A stretch of 59,786 nucleotides of DNA from a virus (taxonomy: Duplodnaviria > Caudoviricetes): the IMG/VR virus record IMGVR_UViG_3300027326_000002, positions 1 to 59,786 of that record; one strand, given 5' to 3'. Below the pieces are notes generated by a model that was given only the letters and a program-made list of their open reading frames with translations, was not told where the DNA came from and ran no database searches. Numbering within the stretch: position 1 is the first letter of the stretch; every line of letters starts with the position of its first letter. Below, one piece after another: positions 1 to 8,114 of the stretch. Made by a program: the position numbers and the translations under genes.

Positions 1-152
1 TCTACGGCGACGCGCGGGTCTACGGCGACGCGCGGGTCTACGGCGACGCGCGGGTCTACGGCGACGCGCGGGTCTACGGCGACGCGCGGGTCTACGGCGG
101 CGCGTGGGTCTACGGCGGCGCGTGGGTCTACGGCAACGCGCGGGTCTACGGC
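1..152 (+). repeat. 18-bp coding tandem repeat (left end)
   Basis: About 8.5 units. Positions 1-99 are identical to 59688-59786. Confidence 0.97.
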
Positions 153-374
153 AAATGCGAAAAGTCCCCGATTTGCGTGTCCGGTCTCACCTGGCACGTG
201 ACGATCACCGACGAGCAGATGTCGATTGGCTGCCAGTCGCATACCCTCAAAGCTTGGAACCGCTTCACAGCAAAGCAAATCGAAGCCATGGACAGTCAAG
301 CCACCGAATTCTGGGCTGCCCACAAAACCTTGATCATCGGGCTCGCACGCGCTGCTGGCCGACTGGAGGGCTGA
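1..374 (+). CDS. C-terminal part of hexapeptide-repeat (VYGDAR)n left-handed beta-helix-like protein; gene starts at 59480 and crosses the contig junction
   Basis: 18-bp units GTCTACGGC(G/A)(A/G)CGCG(C/T)GG read V-Y-G-D/N/G-A-R/W and run in frame into ...KCEKSPICVSGLTWHVTITDEQMSIGCQSH...LEG*. Confidence 0.85.
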   Translation, partial: YGDARVYGDARVYGDARVYGDARVYGDARVYGGAWVYGGAWVYGNARVYGKCEKSPICVSGLTWHVTITDEQMSIGCQSHTLKAWNRFTAKQIEAMDSQATEFWAAHKTLIIGLARAAGRLEG

Positions 375-378
375 AGCC

Positions 379-648
379 ATGACAACCAAACCCGTCGATC
401 CACTGGAACTCAAGCGCCTCGCCGCAGGCAACGCCGCGTTGCTCGTCGTCACGCTCGCCGCAAAAGCTCGTCTCGCCGCAGTGGCTTACGTCAATGCTGC
501 ACCCGCCGATTCAGCTCGCGCCAAGCGTTCCAAGGCCTACCATTACCGCAGACTGGATCACGCTCGGGACGCTGCCGCAGATGCCTTGCGCGCCTATCTC
601 GACGACCTAGCTTCGTTCTCCAGTAGGAAACAGGAGACCGCCAAATGA
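379..648 (+). CDS. hypothetical early protein
   Basis: 89-aa ORF with GGAGG upstream, tightly packed with its neighbours. Confidence 0.7.
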   Translation: MTTKPVDPLELKRLAAGNAALLVVTLAAKARLAAVAYVNAAPADSARAKRSKAYHYRRLDHARDAAADALRAYLDDLASFSSRKQETAK

Positions 649-788
649 AAACCATCCTGTCCATCATGCTGGCCGCGCTGCTGTGCGCGCTGCTCCAAGC
701 CTGCGGGGGTGACATCGCCTCGCCCTTCGACAAGCCCGACCACCCCGACGAGACCATCGAGACGCCCTCGCGCGCTCAAGGGGGCTGA
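645..788 (+). CDS. small lipoprotein (47 aa), superinfection-exclusion candidate; not in ORF track
   Basis: CAGGAG RBS and ATGA overlap. MKTILSIMLAALLCALLQA-CGGD is a signal peptide with an LQAC lipobox. Confidence 0.7.
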   Translation: MKTILSIMLAALLCALLQACGGDIASPFDKPDHPDETIETPSRAQGG

Positions 789-789
789 C

Positions 790-1095
790 ATGGCCAACAT
801 GATCGCCGAGCATCCCTTGCGGAGCGTGCTGCGCTATCACCGAAACGCGCAGGCTGAAGCGCTGCGCCGCTCACGCCACCCGCTCAACAGCCACGAGACC
901 TGCGAAGGCTGGAAGATGGAGGCCGACTTGCACCGCATGCTCGCCGACAAGGTGGAGCAGGCCTTGCCACCCCCGCCTGGCCCTGTGGCCGGCCTGCTGG
1001 CCGCCGCCCTGGTCGACGCCGGCATGACGGGCACCGCCGCCGAAGCCACCGCCTTGCAACTGCTCGAAGACTTCCGCGTGGAGCCCCGCCGATGA
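790..1095 (+). CDS. hypothetical protein
   Basis: MANMIAEHPL... starts directly after the previous stop. Confidence 0.65.
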   Translation: MANMIAEHPLRSVLRYHRNAQAEALRRSRHPLNSHETCEGWKMEADLHRMLADKVEQALPPPPGPVAGLLAAALVDAGMTGTAAEATALQLLEDFRVEPRR

Positions 1096-1193
1096 GCCGG
1101 CGCCGCGTCGACTGGCCCTCCGTGGCCCTAGCCATCGTGCTCGGCCTGTGGGGCGCCGCTGTGCTGATCGTCGGGCTGTCGGCCTCGTACTGA
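1092..1193 (+). CDS. 33-aa single-pass membrane peptide
   Basis: ATGA overlap. MSRRRVDWPSVALAIVLGLWGAAVLIVGLSASY. Confidence 0.55.
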   Translation: MSRRRVDWPSVALAIVLGLWGAAVLIVGLSASY

Positions 1194-1244
1194 AGAGCAC
1201 CGGCCCGCATGCAACGCGCCGAAGTGGCGAATCTGCAATTTTTT

Positions 1245-1370
1245 ACTGCGTCCGGTGCGTCCGGTCAAAAACAGCGTTTTTCGAAACTTCCTCTATAGTT
1301 ATATGTTCTGACTGCTTCATGTGAAAAGTTATAGAAAAGCCTGTTTTTGACCGGACGCACCGGACGCAGT
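1245..1370. repeat. perfect 30-bp inverted repeat around an AT-rich core; putative replication origin
   Basis: ACTGCGTCCGGTGCGTCCGGTCAAAAACAG (1245-1274) and its exact reverse complement (1341-1370). Each arm holds two TGCGTCCGG units. Lies just downstream of the helicase gene. Confidence 0.8.
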
Positions 1371-1402
1371 TTCATATAGTGAAAGAAAAAGCCCTTTTCT
1401 GT

Positions 1403-3466
1403 TCACTCGGAGTCCAGTAGCCGGATCCCGTGCACGATGGTTCGGCGTCGCCTCGTGTTGCCACCGCCAGGCCTTTCCTCGCTCGTCCGGTACGCCGGCA
1501 CAACGCGCGCCAGGTCACGCACGAACCGGGCTTTGGAGGTCGGCAGGACGCCAGACTCGCGGCACCATTCCTGATAGGCGACAAACAACCCGTCACCCAG
1601 CGCCCCCGCCAACGGCACCTGACACCCGACACCCAATTCGCAGCATTCGCGAACGAACGCGCCCAGCCTGTCCTGCTCGGCCCGGTACTCGTCGCCAGCA
1701 GCACGTACCACTTCGGGCTCCGTCAGCCCCTCGCGGAACCACACGCCAGCAGCGCCAACCAGATCCCACAAGACCCCCTCGCGCTCCTCTTCCCTGCCTA
1801 AAAAGCTGCCCAGCAGCACGTCTGCGACAGCCGAGGCTGCTCCCGCCCCAACCTCCTCGACGGAGCCGAAGGACGCCACGTAGGGGGCCAGCCGCACGCG
1901 CCGCCAGATCCCCCGATCCGTGCCCTTGATCACGGGCTTGTGGTTCGTCAGCAGCTGCAGCTTGTGCGTGGGCACGAACTCGAATTGCTCACCGTACAGC
2001 CGCCGCGCGGGCATCTTGTCCGAACCGGTCGCCGACTTGATGAACCCCTCGCGCAGGACGACGTTCTCATCGGTCTCGTGGGCCGTGACCATCCTTTTTC
2101 CGACCAGCGCCACAGTATCCGCGCTGTGCCCGCCGGACTTCCCCGACATCAAGCCCGGCGCCGCGATCCCAGCGTAGTCACCCATGACGCCCATCACAGT
2201 CTCGATGAGCGTGCTCTTGCCGTTGCCGCCCGCGCCCCAGTGCACCAGGAACTTCTGCTCGCGCGTCGAGCCGGTCAGGCAGTAGCCGAACCAGCGCCGC
2301 AAAAACTCGATCAGCGCCCTGTCGCCCACGGCCACGTCCGCCAGCAGCCTCTCCCAGGCCAGAGAGCGCGCCCCCGGCCGCAGCGTCACGTCGGCCAGCA
2401 TGGTGATGCGGTCGTTCGGGTCGTGCGGCCGCAACACGCCGGTTCGCAGATCCACCGTCCCGTTCCTGACGGTCAGCAGCCACGGATTCCTGTCCAGCGA
2501 CTCGACATCGACGGCCAGCATCTTGCGCACCAGCCCGACGCACGCGTTGATGGTGCCGGCCATCTCGCACTTCGAACTCCACTTTTCCAGGGCGTCGGCC
2601 ACGGCGTCGTTCTTGCCAGGCGCGCCCTCGGCCGCCGCCCGCCGACGCCACTCCGCGGCCTCGTCCTTGACCATCGACGACAAGCCGCACGTGAACCGGT
2701 ACAGGTCGCCCTCTTCGCGCTTCCAGCGCCGGCCGTCCCAGACATACCACGTGCCGGCGGCCACGAGCAGCTTGTCGCCGTAGCTCCTCACGAGCCGGTT
2801 GGCATTGGCCTGGTCGGTGCACAGGTGCCGGGCCTTGGGCACGCCCTTGCGCTTTTCCAGAGGTGTGGGGTCGGTCAAATCCATGGCGGCGGTCAGGCGC
2901 GCCAAGATCAGGTTCGCGGCCCGCGCGCCCAGGCCCGTCAGGTCGTCATCGTCACTCTCCACGATCGCGAACGGCGCCCCCTGCCCACCTACCTGCCCTG
3001 CGCTCCCGCAGCTCTGGGAAGGGTCGTCCGGATCGGGGATCGCTTCGAACCCGTCCACCGTGAGCGGCATCGACCAGCCCTCAAGCCGCGCGGCCAGGCT
3101 CATGATCGTGCGGCCCGTGACACCGCCGCCGACCTTGACGTAAGGCCAGACGCGCGCCTCCAGCCAGCCGGGCACGTGCTTGGCCGACCGGGCGCTCCAC
3201 TCGACGACCAGGTCGAGGCCCTCGTCGGAGCCCCCGGTCTCGTGGTGCACAGCAAACACGACGTCGCGCCACTGGTCGTAATCGAGGGTCTTCGTCCCGG
3301 TGTTCGTGAGCGCATCCAACGCCAGGCGCCACGGCGCCGTCGACCAGTCCAGGTCGCCAGCCGCGCGCGGCACGTGCACCGGGCGCTCGAGCACCGGCAC
3401 GGGCGGCGACGTGCGCCAGAAGCCCGGAGCGCAGATCGCGTCCAGGGGCAGGGGGATGAGGATCAC
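1403..3466 (-). CDS. PriCT-2 + D5/P4-type SF3 helicase (C-terminal part of a split primase-helicase)
   Basis: LDYDQWRDVVFAVHHE...EWSARS (PriCT-2), TDQANANRL...NGTVDLRTG (D5_N), Walker A GAGGNGKST, TNHKPVIKGTDRGIWRR. Confidence 0.92.
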   Translation of the reverse strand: MILIPLPLDAICAPGFWRTSPPVPVLERPVHVPRAAGDLDWSTAPWRLALDALTNTGTKTLDYDQWRDVVFAVHHETGGSDEGLDLVVEWSARSAKHVPGWLEARVWPYVKVGGGVTGRTIMSLAARLEGWSMPLTVDGFEAIPDPDDPSQSCGSAGQVGGQGAPFAIVESDDDDLTGLGARAANLILARLTAAMDLTDPTPLEKRKGVPKARHLCTDQANANRLVRSYGDKLLVAAGTWYVWDGRRWKREEGDLYRFTCGLSSMVKDEAAEWRRRAAAEGAPGKNDAVADALEKWSSKCEMAGTINACVGLVRKMLAVDVESLDRNPWLLTVRNGTVDLRTGVLRPHDPNDRITMLADVTLRPGARSLAWERLLADVAVGDRALIEFLRRWFGYCLTGSTREQKFLVHWGAGGNGKSTLIETVMGVMGDYAGIAAPGLMSGKSGGHSADTVALVGKRMVTAHETDENVVLREGFIKSATGSDKMPARRLYGEQFEFVPTHKLQLLTNHKPVIKGTDRGIWRRVRLAPYVASFGSVEEVGAGAASAVADVLLGSFLGREEEREGVLWDLVGAAGVWFREGLTEPEVVRAAGDEYRAEQDRLGAFVRECCELGVGCQVPLAGALGDGLFVAYQEWCRESGVLPTSKARFVRDLARVVPAYRTSEERPGGGNTRRRRTIVHGIRLLDSE

Positions 3467-3777
3467 GACACGACCTCCGGAAGTTGCTCGGGCGCGCCTG
3501 CCTTCAGCGCCTGCCCACGGATCGGCTGCAGGTCACAGTCCGGGATGCCCCAGACGTCGACCCAGAGATTGCCGAAGAGGCTGTCGTCGTAGTGCACGCG
3601 AATGGACTTCTCGATGGCCCAGATCGGGCCGCGACCCTGATCACCGCGCAGCGCCACGCAACGCACCACCTGGCCCAGGCACTGCCTGCGCAGCGCGTCG
3701 GCCAGCGTGCGCGGCTTGCAATCGGGATAGGGTGGCGTATCGATCACGATGGCCATGTCATCTTGCCTGCACCTCAT
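3463..3777 (-). CDS. hypothetical protein inserted between the primase and helicase halves
   Basis: 104-aa ORF with 4-nt overlaps with both neighbours. Confidence 0.7.
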   Translation of the reverse strand: MRCRQDDMAIVIDTPPYPDCKPRTLADALRRQCLGQVVRCVALRGDQGRGPIWAIEKSIRVHYDDSLFGNLWVDVWGIPDCDLQPIRGQALKAGAPEQLPEVVS

Positions 3778-4364
3778 GATGCGAGATCCTCCGAATCGTC
3801 ACCCCACCGCAGCGGCGCCGACGCGCGCGAGCCCGGAAGGATGAATTGGTTGCCAAAGCCGTCAGGCTTGACGTCGTTTTGCTTGGGGAAAACCTCGACG
3901 CGCCCCGCGTCCACGCCCCCGGCGCCGTCCTTCAGGCCGCACGAGACCAGGACGCCCTTCAGGAGCTGGCGCACGCTGTAGGCGTCTTGCGGCTCGTCCC
4001 AGAGCAGGTACAGGTGCACCCCGCGCCCGCCGCCTGAGCGAAAGAGGATCGGCTCCAGGCCGTGCGCCATCTCCAGCGCGTCCGCAACGCGCTGCACCAC
4101 GGCCGACATCTCGGGCCACGAGACCTTGCCGTCGTGCGAGTCGAAGTCCAGCACGGCAACGCGGGTCGTCGACTCGCCGGCCTTGATCGGACAGACGCCG
4201 CGCGCGGGGCCGCCATTGAGGTGCCGCGCGAGCCGCTCGTCGGTCAGCGGCTGGTCGGCGCGCCAGGCCATGTGCCCCGCGTCGCTGCGCGTAGCGGTCA
4301 CGTCCGTGCGCACACGGGAGGTCAGCGGCGCCAGCGCCGCGGCGATGTGTGTGAGGTCAGGCAC
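3774..4364 (-). CDS. AEP-superfamily primase domain (N-terminal part of a split primase-helicase)
   Basis: GTG start after CAGGAGGG. Motifs VAVLDFDSH, RSGGGRGVHLY, VEVFPKQ, GNQFILP. Ends GDDSEDLAS*. Confidence 0.85.
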   Translation of the reverse strand: MPDLTHIAAALAPLTSRVRTDVTATRSDAGHMAWRADQPLTDERLARHLNGGPARGVCPIKAGESTTRVAVLDFDSHDGKVSWPEMSAVVQRVADALEMAHGLEPILFRSGGGRGVHLYLLWDEPQDAYSVRQLLKGVLVSCGLKDGAGGVDAGRVEVFPKQNDVKPDGFGNQFILPGSRASAPLRWGDDSEDLAS

Positions 4365-5514
4365 TGCGTCCCTCCTGCTGCGGCTCCGCCCCTGCACCTG
4401 CAGATGGGTGGCGCTCAAGCCACGAGTCGCGCATCCGTTGATACGTCTCGACGTTCGTGTAAACCCACCGGCCCGGGCCAGTGTCCAGTCGGCGATGCTT
4501 TGCAGGGGTGGCGAGCGGGTGAGACTTCAGCCACTCGTTGAGCGGGCCGAGCTTGTCGGGGTACAGCCCCGGCTGTGACAAACGATCGAGCCACTTCAGC
4601 GCGTCGACGACAGGTTCGGGCAGCGCCACCACCTCCGCCCCCATGACTCCCTGCCCGCCCTTGCGCGCCTGCTGGTCGGCCACCAGCGCCGCGAGCGATT
4701 CCTCGACGCTGGGCTGGCTTGCGAAGTCGTGCACGCTCGCCGATGCAGCCTCGCAATCGTCGATCAGGTTGTCGAGCAAACGGAAGCACGCTTCGTTGAG
4801 TTGCGCCGTGCCGCAGCCAGCCGGTCCAGCGCGATGGATCGCCCACGCGAGACGGCCTTCCTTCGACAGCGACATGGAGAGCATGTCTCCATCCTTCGTC
4901 TTCCAGTCGATCGCGATGCCGCCGTCAGCGTCGCGGCTCAGTTCGTCGTGCTGCTGCTCCCCGCTCGCCGATGCAGTCATCTCCGAGCCCGCACGGGGTG
5001 GGGTGGCGTAGAGAGGCTGTGTGTAGCGCAAAGCGATGTTGCGGTACCCACCACCTGATGCGATCCACATCCGCTTCCTCTCGGCACAGCACACCTCGCC
5101 GGTGTCTGGGCGAAGCCAACCCACCGGCTCTCCCGCCACCGCATCGACAGCCGGGATGGGAGCGGTAGGGGCTGCGGCTTCCATGTGACTGCTAACTGCT
5201 CCCGTCAGCCATCCGAGCAACTCGCCGATGCCTTGAGGAAGCGCGTTGCCGGTTTGGCTTGCCCAGGCTCGGGCCTCCTCGAATAGATCGAGATGTCGTG
5301 AGGGCCGCCCGTGTTCTTCAGGCGGCATGCAGCCTTTCTCGGAATTACAAGGATGGCACGACAAGCGCAGGTTGTCGCCCTCGTTGCTGCCACCCAGGTG
5401 CCGCGGCACGTAGTGGTCCACCGTCGCCTCGCTGCGCCGCAACATGCGATCGCAGTACCGGCAGCGCCGGTGATCACGATGGTAGATGAAGGACGTCAGC
5501 TCGCGAACGCTCAT
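4357..5514 (-). CDS. HNH (McrA-type) domain fused to a long phage hypothetical region
   Basis: CRYC...TVDHYVPRHLGG...NLRLSCHPCNSEKG, followed by an EPVGW...QPLY-type module. Confidence 0.75.
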   Translation of the reverse strand: MSVRELTSFIYHRDHRRCRYCDRMLRRSEATVDHYVPRHLGGSNEGDNLRLSCHPCNSEKGCMPPEEHGRPSRHLDLFEEARAWASQTGNALPQGIGELLGWLTGAVSSHMEAAAPTAPIPAVDAVAGEPVGWLRPDTGEVCCAERKRMWIASGGGYRNIALRYTQPLYATPPRAGSEMTASASGEQQHDELSRDADGGIAIDWKTKDGDMLSMSLSKEGRLAWAIHRAGPAGCGTAQLNEACFRLLDNLIDDCEAASASVHDFASQPSVEESLAALVADQQARKGGQGVMGAEVVALPEPVVDALKWLDRLSQPGLYPDKLGPLNEWLKSHPLATPAKHRRLDTGPGRWVYTNVETYQRMRDSWLERHPSAGAGAEPQQEGRSA

Positions 5515-5852
5515 GCGAACAGTTCCCCCTGCTCCGGGCACCAGCGGTTGCCCTTGGCGCCGTTGACGCGCCAGTGGATCACCTGCAGGTTCCACGGCAC
5601 CGTCAGGCCCGACACGCGCGGGTGCGTCACGGGCACCTTGTGGTCGAGCACGTGCAACTCGCCGGTGAAGATCGAGCGCGCCTTGGCCCAGGCTCGCAAC
5701 AGCTCCAGGTCGACGCGATCGACCCAGTCGGGGCACGAGACGCAGACCGTGGCGATGTAGGTCGCGCGGGCGTTGTTGTGGATCCAAGGCACGCGCTGGC
5801 CGGCCAGTAGCTTGGCACGTGCACCGCGACGGCAGAACCGAACGATGCTCAA
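5511..5852 (-). CDS. HNH endonuclease-like protein
   Basis: HVLDHKVPVTHPRVSGLTVPWNLQVIHWRVNGAKGN. Confidence 0.8.
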   Translation of the reverse strand: MSIVRFCRRGARAKLLAGQRVPWIHNNARATYIATVCVSCPDWVDRVDLELLRAWAKARSIFTGELHVLDHKVPVTHPRVSGLTVPWNLQVIHWRVNGAKGNRWCPEQGELFA

Positions 5853-6277
5853 AATTCCACCTCGCAGGGTTCAGGCGCGACGTTCTCGCGTGCGGGCAGC
5901 GCGGCGCGCCGCTCGTGCTTGCGCTTCTCGTTCTCGATGCGCGTGACCGGCTCCAGGTGTCCCGGGAACCGGCACGCGGGCTGGTTGCACTCGTGGTCGA
6001 TCTCCAGGCCCGACTCGCGGAACTCCAGGTACGCCAGGTACAGCTCCTCGTTCGTGGGCTCGTCGATGCCGAGCTTGCGCAACTCCACGATGCAGTGCAT
6101 CAGGATGTGAGCCATGACCTTGGCATTGCGGTGCCCGATGCGCAGCGACACGCGCACATAGCCGTAATTAGCGCGCTCGCGCTCGGTGCCCAGCCAGCAC
6201 TCACCATCCTCGACGACGTTGGCGGCCAGCCTGGCGTAGGTCGAGGAATGCAGGCGGAAGTTGTCACCGCGGGGCAT
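5849..6277 (-). CDS. HNH endonuclease (HNH_3-like)
   Basis: ECWLG...YGY...AHI...LEIDHECNQPACRFPGHLEPVTRIEN. Confidence 0.85.
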   Translation of the reverse strand: MPRGDNFRLHSSTYARLAANVVEDGECWLGTERERANYGYVRVSLRIGHRNAKVMAHILMHCIVELRKLGIDEPTNEELYLAYLEFRESGLEIDHECNQPACRFPGHLEPVTRIENEKRKHERRAALPARENVAPEPCEVEF

Positions 6278-6500
6278 GGAGCCCTCCATAGGCGGCCATC
6301 ACGTTCGACCAAGGGAAGGACGGCAGGGCCTCGTCCCAGGTGCGCTCGCGCAGCACCAGGTCGACCTGCGTTTCCTTGCGCGACTGCCCGCAGAATCGGC
6401 AGTAGCCTGTTCGATCCGTCCAGTCGTGGTAGTCCGTCGTCTGGTCTTGGAACGGCGGCTTTTGCTGGCGCACGACGGGGCAACGACTCGTGGGCATCAC
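6264..6500 (-). CDS. small Cys-containing hypothetical protein
   Basis: 78-aa ORF with CRFC, overlapping its neighbours. Confidence 0.55.
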   Translation of the reverse strand: MMPTSRCPVVRQQKPPFQDQTTDYHDWTDRTGYCRFCGQSRKETQVDLVLRERTWDEALPSFPWSNVMAAYGGLHAPR

Positions 6501-6952
6501 ACGTCCCTCCTCAGCAGCCGGCGCACTTCCATCAGCAGGCGCGCCACGTGGGCGCGACCCTCATCCGTCTCCAGCGTGCGAAAGCTCACGTTCACGCAGC
6601 GCCAGTCGGGAGGGATCAACATGTGCTCGACGGTCGTCGAAGCGAGATCGGAGGACGAGTAGTTCAGTACCGCCGTGGCCTTGATCCGGTAGTGGTGGCC
6701 TTCGTGACCGATGGTATAGCGCACGAACGCAATGGGAGGTTCGTGCACCACGTTCTTAGATCGGTAAAAGAGGCTGTTGTGCCTGGGGCGGTCATGCAGC
6801 GCGCCGAGTCCGGCCTCCCGGATGTCGGACTCGACCTCGAAGCGCAGGACTTCGCGCGGCACGTCGCGATTGCGCCGATCGGCCAGCTTGGCGCGCAGGC
6901 GCAGCATGATGCGTTTGATATCGGACGGCAGGCTCATTGCGCTGGCGCTCAT
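6497..6952 (-). CDS. hypothetical protein
   Basis: MSASAMSLPSDIKR... with an ATGA overlap. Confidence 0.6.
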   Translation of the reverse strand: MSASAMSLPSDIKRIMLRLRAKLADRRNRDVPREVLRFEVESDIREAGLGALHDRPRHNSLFYRSKNVVHEPPIAFVRYTIGHEGHHYRIKATAVLNYSSSDLASTTVEHMLIPPDWRCVNVSFRTLETDEGRAHVARLLMEVRRLLRRDV

Positions 6953-7119
6953 TTGAGCACCCCGATCACGACCAGCGCCGTCACGGCCACGGTGCTGGTG
7001 GCCACCACGCCGCAAAACAGGCCCCAGACCCAGCCGGCCCGGTACTCGTCCTCGCAAGGGTCAGGGTAGCGGCGGGGGCGCTTGAGCCCGCGGCGCAGCC
7101 ACGAGAAGTCGACGATCAT
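6949..7119 (-). CDS. 56-aa membrane peptide (not in ORF track)
   Basis: AAAGGAAA RBS. C-terminal hydrophobic segment GWVWGLFCGVVATSTVAVTALVVIGVLK. Confidence 0.55.
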   Translation of the reverse strand: MIVDFSWLRRGLKRPRRYPDPCEDEYRAGWVWGLFCGVVATSTVAVTALVVIGVLK

Positions 7120-7122
7120 GAT

Positions 7123-7344
7123 CTAGTTTCCTTTCTTGCATTTGCGCAGGTACTTGCAGCCCTTGCAGGCCACGTCGAAGGATTCGCGAGGCACCGTGCC
7201 GCCGCTGGCCCGCTCGATGGCGATGGCCATCTCCACCGACGGCGCACGCCGGCCCGCGGCCAGGTGGTCCAGGTAGCGCAGCGACGTCGGAACTCGCAGG
7301 GCGAGGGCGCGCAGCTGGTCGCGCTTGAGGTCTTTGAGTTTCAT
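7123..7344 (-). CDS. Cro/YdaS-like HTH regulator with a Cys-rich C-terminal tail
   Basis: ALALRVPTSLRYLDHLAAGRRAPSVEMAIAIERASGGTV; tail CKGCKYLRKC. Confidence 0.85.
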   Translation of the reverse strand: MKLKDLKRDQLRALALRVPTSLRYLDHLAAGRRAPSVEMAIAIERASGGTVPRESFDVACKGCKYLRKCKKGN

Positions 7345-7352
7345 GAGGTCGC

Positions 7353-7370
7353 AATGTACCACTTGATAAC
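7353..7370 (-). promoter_or_regulatory. extended -10 promoter / operator half-site for the cro-like gene (leaderless)
   Basis: Minus strand GTGGTACATT, then 8 nt, then ATG; no SD. Confidence 0.6.
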
Positions 7371-7499
7371 CGACACGGCAAGGCGTAGGATTGACCCTGC
7401 CCCGCCCGCGAGTGACGACGTAGGTGGGGGTTTGAAGAGCGACATGGTTTGGCGGGATCGGTGGGAAACACTGATCCCGCAATTTTTAGCAAAAGCCGC

Positions 7500-7530
7500 T
7501 TGACAGGGGGTGTGTACCACGTGGTACATT
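7500..7530 (+). promoter_or_regulatory. rightward sigma70 promoter overlapped by a perfect 16-bp palindrome
   Basis: TTGACA (7500-7505), TGGTACATT extended -10, palindrome TGTACCACGTGGTACA (7513-7528). Confidence 0.75.
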
Positions 7531-7637
7531 CATCCCCACACCACCAGCAAACGAGGCCAGCCATGTGAACGATCCGCCTTGTGCACTCCTGACCGATGTG
7601 CACAAGCCAGACCGCTCTCTTTTCGTAGGAGACCATC

Positions 7638-7994
7638 ATGCAGATCACCGCTTTCGCTTCTCTCATCACGCTGGCCCTCGCGCTGGTCGTGGCTTGCCTG
7701 CTGATCGGCAACACGTGGATCGGCCTGGCGCTGCTGTTCACGCTGGGCGTGTTCGCCTACAACCACCTGAACGTGCCGCGCGCCAAGCTCAAGTTCCAGC
7801 GCTGGCTAGTGCGCCAGCAGCTACGCATGATCGACAACGCGATCTGCGAGGCGCAGGTCAACAGGTGCCAAGCCCAATTCGATCTCGATCACGTGCGCGC
7901 CAACGACGAACTCACGTTCATCCTGGCGCTGGACAAGCAACGCTCCAAGCTCGTGACTCGGATTCGCCTGCTCGATTTCGAGCTCGAACACTGA
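7638..7994 (+). CDS. two-TM membrane protein with a coiled-coil tail
   Basis: AGGAGA RBS and a hydrophobic N-terminal 40 aa. Confidence 0.75.
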   Translation: MQITAFASLITLALALVVACLLIGNTWIGLALLFTLGVFAYNHLNVPRAKLKFQRWLVRQQLRMIDNAICEAQVNRCQAQFDLDHVRANDELTFILALDKQRSKLVTRIRLLDFELEH

Positions 7995-8005
7995 AATCGT
8001 TTTAC

Positions 8006-8082
8006 GGTGGGGGTATCCGGCGGCGCAGGAAGTGAGACCTGAGCTGCAGCACCCGGGATTAGGCGTTCCGGATGCCCCCGCC
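8006..8082 (+). ncRNA. structured intergenic RNA element (unclassified)
   Basis: 15-bp closing stem GGTGGGGGTATCCGG/CCGGATGCCCCCGCC with two G-U pairs (favouring the + strand). Internal hairpin at 8021-8046. Confidence 0.5.
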
Positions 8083-8114
8083 ACCTTCCCTCAACCCACG
8101 AAAGGAAAAGCCGC

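Noticed and set aside
1-152. Terminal 18-bp repeats as a CRISPR array or telomere
   Set aside because: There are no spacers, the unit is a multiple of 3, and it reads in frame within a protein.
1940-3592. Long antisense or alternate-frame ORFs (also 36023-38080, 51687-53546, 53410-55728 and others)
   Set aside because: They are shadows of real genes caused by high GC3, with no motifs or RBS.
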